A DNA stretch of 64,000 nucleotides from Vermamoeba vermiformis (Eukaryota). How positions within the stretch are numbered: position 1 is the stretch's first letter; every line of letters begins with the position of its first letter. Below, one piece after another: positions 63,037 to 64,000 of this stretch. Where the stretch lies: positions 1 through 64,000 of the forward strand of contig JBEWZL010000064.1 of the NCBI GenBank assembly GCA_045837725.1, read 5' to 3'. The notes below the pieces were generated by a model. That model was not told where the DNA came from, searched no databases, and saw nothing but the letters and a program-made list of their open reading frames with translations. Made by a program: the position numbers and the translations under genes.

Positions 63037-64000
63037 TTACAGTTTGCTTTGAAGGATCTCGGCTTTTAAAGGTAACAATGCCTATTGTCGACATTAATGA
63101 ACTGTCTTGTTATGTATATACAATTATAGTTATCGTACCTCTACGGCTCGCTGCGCTAATATTTCAGGGATCTGCTGCGGCAAGAAATGATCGTTCTGCG
63201 GGAACATTTCTTTGTGGAATTCTTTGGCATTCGTAATACCATTTAAAGTTATATGCGAGTACTGCTCAGTCCACCAACTCTTGCCTCCGTACCACAGAAA
63301 CACTCGATTAGTCAACTTGTCCAAGTGTTGATTGAGGCCTGTTACGCCGCCCATTCTAAAGAATCCTGCTTCTGTGGCAGGCGCGCACTTCAAGAACAGC
63401 TTTCCGCTCGACGGGTCTTCTCTATAATATAATACCATTAGCTCGAGTGTGGTAACATAAGAGTGCTGGAAGACCAAAATGACACGTGTCATCAACATGT
63501 TCCCTGGAGCTCGTTTGAAGGACCGTACGAATTTCTCAATCGTCTTATGTAATATTATTAAGTTGTTATACGTACTTGAGTCCTTTGGTCATGTGAAGAT
63601 CAAAGATTCGCTTCTCCCATGTTGCGTACAACTCTTTCTTGCTTTTGAAGTTCTCGATCGCTTCTTGCATATTGTTGAACGACTCTTTTCTCTTCGCTGC
63701 TCTAATCGAAAATACAAAGTCATTTGCGTTGTATGGTGGGCCTGGCAGTATGACAGGCTCTGTTAATAGCAGCGTGTGGAACGTGCCCTTCGATATAATC
63801 TGCACACCGTCAGTTTAACAGCCGATCAAGCAATAAATGCGTACCTCTGCTGCGACTAGTGCTGCTGCTCCAAAGCTGTGTCCCATACCAACAAATGTCA
63901 ACGGACCTTTATATTTCTCTTTCAGGGCATTTATCACGAGTAATGTATCGATGGCGCTGATCCTAAAGAAAAAAATCGTGTGAATTAGACGCATGAAGAA
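63037..64000 (-). CDS. Alpha/beta hydrolase with PTS1 (peroxisomal), 5' part outside window
   Basis: Nucleophile elbow VGMGHSFGA; LLLTEPVI; LKCAPATEA; DHFLPQ; final exon after aatag reads ALLPLKAEILQSKL*. Confidence 0.82.

Overview
Eukaryotic nuclear DNA, gene-dense, with short (mostly ~50-100 nt) AT-rich GT-AG introns (donors often GTAAGT/GTACGT, CTAAC/CTAAT-type branch points). The gene content (class C GPCRs, tyrosine-kinase/TKL receptors, CLU-domain protein, many F-box genes) suggests an amoebozoan-like protist; this is inference. About 24 multi-exon protein genes were reconstructed by hand from the ORF track and splice signals, so exon boundaries are approximate. Housekeeping genes: VAMP7, Eco1/ESCO acetyltransferase, SUZ-domain protein, peroxisomal alpha/beta hydrolase. 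The rest is a duplicated receptor/F-box-rich region: three class C GPCRs with a glycine-betaine-binding (OpuAC/PBP2-like) ectodomain, one class C GPCR with a PBP1-like ectodomain, a PA-domain 7TM protein, two tandem 7TM-kinase fusions, a beta-propeller receptor tyrosine kinase, two F-box-SNF2 fusions, five other F-box genes, a GH43, and an intron-containing TIGR03790-like gene of bacterial type. A 195-nt ~67% GC non-coding element with nested stems and a possible pseudoknot lies just upstream of one F-box gene. Several genes carry single-base frameshifts without nonsense decay, most simply long-read assembly errors. No rRNA, intact tRNA, CRISPR array or transposase was recognised. All family assignments are from motif recognition, not database searches.
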